From positions 65,801 through 129,800 of the forward strand of contig CAZXNT010000002.1 of assembly GCA_964642155.1 (NCBI GenBank): a stretch of 64,000 bases of DNA, read 5' to 3'. Both the position numbers and the translations under genes were made by a program. The notes beneath the pieces were generated by a model. That model was not told the origin of the DNA and searched no databases. It was given only the letters and a program-made list of their open reading frames with translations. Of this stretch, positions 61,367-64,000 are shown in pieces. Origin of the DNA: an uncultured Candidatus Saccharibacteria bacterium. GTDB lineage: Bacteria; Patescibacteriota; Minisyncoccia; UBA6257; UBA9933. Within the stretch, counting starts at the first letter, position 1. Every line of letters begins with the position of its first letter.

Positions 61367-63250
61367 ATGGTTCAATATAAAAAACTCAAAGAAGAAATTA
61401 TTACAGAACCAGAAAAAGGCAAATCAGGATTTGTTAAAGATGCTATTTCTAATGAGTGGATTAAAAAAACGCCCGAAGAAGAAGTGCGTCAAATTTATCT
61501 TCAAAAATTAATTAAAGAATATAAATATCCCAAAAGCCATATTAAAACTGAAGTAAAAATTCAATCCGGTCAAACTGAAACAAAAAAACGAGCCGATATT
61601 GTTGTTTTTAGGAATGATAAAAATTTTAGGCCCGAAGAAAACGCTTATATTATCGTTGAACTTAAAAAGCGAGACAGAAAAGACGGCGAAGAACAATTAA
61701 AAAGTTATATAAATAGCACTACCGCCGAATTTGCCGTTTGGTTTAATGGACAAGACATAGGTCATTTCCAGTACTCAAAAGATCCGAGAAAACATTTGGA
61801 AATTCCGGATATTCCCAAGTATGGCGAATCATTAAAAGATATCGGACTTTATAAAAAGAAGGATTTAGTGTTGGCAAGCGAATTGAAAACGGTTTTCGAA
61901 ACAATTCATAATCATATTTACGCCAATGAGGGCTATTTGAAAGATAAAGTTTTTAACGAGGTTTTAAAATTGATTTTTATTAAAATGGTTGATGAAAAAT
62001 CCGCAAGCGCTGATTGCGATTTTCGCATAACCGTTAAAGAAAAAGAAGAAATAGAAAACGACGACGGAACCAATTTCCGCAAAAGAATTGAAGATTTGTT
62101 TGAAAAAGTTAAAAAAGATTTTAGCGATATTTTTGATAGCACGGATAAATTAATTTTAAGAACTCAAACCTTGGCTTTTGCCGTTGGCCAACTTCAAAAA
62201 TATTCATTGATAAAAACAGAAGCCGATATAAAAGGTGTTGCTTTTCAAACTTTTGTTCATGCTCACTCAAGAGGCGAAAGAGGAGAATTTTTTACTCCTT
62301 ATCCAATTTTAAAAATGGCGGTAGAAATGTTATCGCCAAAAGATAATGAATCAATTTTAGACCCTGCCTGTGGCTCTGGCGGTTTTTTGGTTCAAACATT
62401 GAATTATATAAGGTGTATGTTTGAAAAAAATCGTCCCGATTTATCGGATTTGGAAATTATTAGGAATTTAACGTCTTACGCCATAAATTATATTCGTGGA
62501 ATTGATTTTAATCCCGATTTGGCGCGCGTGGCAAAAATGTATATGGTTTTATATGATGACGGCCACACCGGCATATTTGCGCATAATTCTTTAAATAGTT
62601 TCCAAAAAATTTACGATATTTCTAATCATAAAATTAAAGAAGAATCATTTGATATTATAATAACCAATCCGCCATTTGGCACAAAAGGAAAAGTGACGGA
62701 TAAAAATATTTTAGATGATTTTGAAATGGGCCATAAATGGAAAAAAGACGAAGATAAATGGAAAAAATTATCAAAAATTGCGGCTGAAGACGGAAAAGGT
62801 GGCCAAGTGCCGGACATTCTTTTTATTAAACGTTGCTTGCAGTTTTTAAAAGATGGCGGAAGAATGGCAATTGTTTTACCGGATGGAGATTTAACAAATT
62901 CTTCGCTTGGCTATGTTCGGCAATGGCTCAAAGATAATGCCAGAATTTTAGCGGTTGTTTCTTTGCCGTCGGAAACTTTTATTCCTTATGGTGCTGGTGT
63001 TAAAGCATCGGTTTTGTTTTTACAAAAATTACCGAAAAAAGAGCTGGAAGCGTTAAAGAAAAAAGACTACCCGATTTTTATGGGAATTATTGAAAAAATC
63101 GGATATGACATTCGCGGCCGAGCGATTTATAAACGTAACGAAAAAGGCGAGATTATCAAAAAAGACGATAAACCAACAATTGATGAAGATGTAAGTTTAA
63201 TAATAGAAGAATTTAAAAAATTTAAAGAGAAATATAAGTTGGAGTTTTAG
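61367..63250 (+). CDS. fused PD-(D/E)xK nuclease (HsdR_N-like) plus gamma-class N6-adenine DNA methyltransferase; BcgI-A-like (Type IIB/IIG) restriction-modification subunit candidate
   Basis: N-terminal ADIVVF..IIVELKK (D..ExK). Motif I LDPACGSGGFL and motif IV IITNPPFG. 627 aa. Stop is 3 nt before the next ATG. Confidence 0.75.
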   Translation: MVQYKKLKEEIITEPEKGKSGFVKDAISNEWIKKTPEEEVRQIYLQKLIKEYKYPKSHIKTEVKIQSGQTETKKRADIVVFRNDKNFRPEENAYIIVELKKRDRKDGEEQLKSYINSTTAEFAVWFNGQDIGHFQYSKDPRKHLEIPDIPKYGESLKDIGLYKKKDLVLASELKTVFETIHNHIYANEGYLKDKVFNEVLKLIFIKMVDEKSASADCDFRITVKEKEEIENDDGTNFRKRIEDLFEKVKKDFSDIFDSTDKLILRTQTLAFAVGQLQKYSLIKTEADIKGVAFQTFVHAHSRGERGEFFTPYPILKMAVEMLSPKDNESILDPACGSGGFLVQTLNYIRCMFEKNRPDLSDLEIIRNLTSYAINYIRGIDFNPDLARVAKMYMVLYDDGHTGIFAHNSLNSFQKIYDISNHKIKEESFDIIITNPPFGTKGKVTDKNILDDFEMGHKWKKDEDKWKKLSKIAAEDGKGGQVPDILFIKRCLQFLKDGGRMAIVLPDGDLTNSSLGYVRQWLKDNARILAVVSLPSETFIPYGAGVKASVLFLQKLPKKELEALKKKDYPIFMGIIEKIGYDIRGRAIYKRNEKGEIIKKDDKPTIDEDVSLIIEEFKKFKEKYKLEF

Positions 63251-63253
63251 AAT

Positions 63254-64000
63254 ATGAATTTTCCAAAAATTTTAGAGACCGCACGGAATAAGCCAAGGCT
63301 TATAAAAAAAGACACAAGACAGTGGACAAGCGGCCGTGTTAGCTTTGCCGTGATTGGCATACCTAAACATCCTGAAACAAATTATATTCTTTGGGAAAAA
63401 GATTTTTTCGGTCGCTCTAAACAACAACCACAAAGATTTATTCTCCATTCTCATGATTGGCAAAATCTTAAAAGATTGATTGATGGAGATTTAATAAAGG
63501 AAACAAAATGGACGCAACCACAGATTCTAACAGAGGTGATGTTGCAAAAAATAATATTAGAAAATCCAGATTTTATTGAAACAATTTTAAAAGTACCAAA
63601 TATTACTAAATTGTCTCAGGTAAGTTTAGAAGCTCTTGATAGATTAGCAATTAGGATATTCGAGATTAAAAGAGAAAACATAGATTTAATTTTAAAAAGA
63701 CTTGCAGAAAGTAAAAGTCAGGAATTAATAACTTTTGCATCTTTATTAAGAGATTTAAAACTAAATCAAGTTTCTATGTTGAGTAGTTTGGTTTATCAAA
63801 AACTTAAAATTATCGATTTACTTGAAAATCTTACTTGTAATAAAGAAACAAATGAGAGTAAAGTTCATGAATTATTTGAAAGCAACATCTGGTTATCTGG
63901 GAAAAATTTTGAGATAGTACAAAGCGATAAATCATTAAGTAAGTATCTTGATGAAAATATTTCTAAAGAAGCGGGGATGAAACTAAGGCCAGATTTAATT
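63254..64000 (+). CDS. hypothetical protein, 3'-truncated by the window end; co-transcribed partner of the nuclease-methyltransferase (possible specificity or accessory subunit)
   Basis: Open frame from the ATG at 63254 to the window end (at least 249 aa). Not in the ORF track because no stop is reached. No recognised motif. Confidence 0.4.
   Translation, partial: MNFPKILETARNKPRLIKKDTRQWTSGRVSFAVIGIPKHPETNYILWEKDFFGRSKQQPQRFILHSHDWQNLKRLIDGDLIKETKWTQPQILTEVMLQKIILENPDFIETILKVPNITKLSQVSLEALDRLAIRIFEIKRENIDLILKRLAESKSQELITFASLLRDLKLNQVSMLSSLVYQKLKIIDLLENLTCNKETNESKVHELFESNIWLSGKNFEIVQSDKSLSKYLDENISKEAGMKLRPDLI

Overview
This is a low-GC bacterial chromosome segment. Gene content and style suggest a reduced-genome Patescibacteria/CPR-like organism; that placement is inference only. 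Most of the window is core housekeeping: nine aminoacyl-tRNA synthetases (lysS, serS, hisS, valS, thrS, metG, trpS, gatCAB), dnaE, gyrB, ligA, rnhB, secE-nusG-rplK, map, adk, greA, pth, lepB, murD, galU, glycosyltransferases, and a type-IV-pilus-like pilin/PilMN/PilO cluster. There is a 23S-5S rRNA operon with no 16S nearby, driven by a near-consensus sigma70 promoter. The 23S carries an intron encoding a LAGLIDADG homing endonuclease and a short hairpin insertion in its 5' domain. Six tRNAs are called (Pro, Arg, Phe, Asp, Asn, plus an interrupted Leu-like tRNA). The most unusual features are several families of short palindromic or tandem repeats inserted in frame, in multiples of 3 nt, into unrelated essential genes (gatA, ligA, metG, rnhB, murD, pth, a GT39 glycosyltransferase, a PrsW protease), into the 23S rRNA, and into 5' leaders. 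The tRNA-Pro gene sits between perfect 14-nt inverted repeats, nested between two tRNA halves whose acceptor strands are exactly complementary. Downstream of tRNA-Asn (about 51.4 kb to the window end) lies an accessory region. It encodes a Cys-rich membrane protein, an 804-aa secreted protein, a DUF2779-type dual nuclease, RhuM-Doc, DinD/Bro-N, RadC, Fic, and a BcgI-like fused nuclease-methyltransferase with a co-transcribed partner. No CRISPR array was found.
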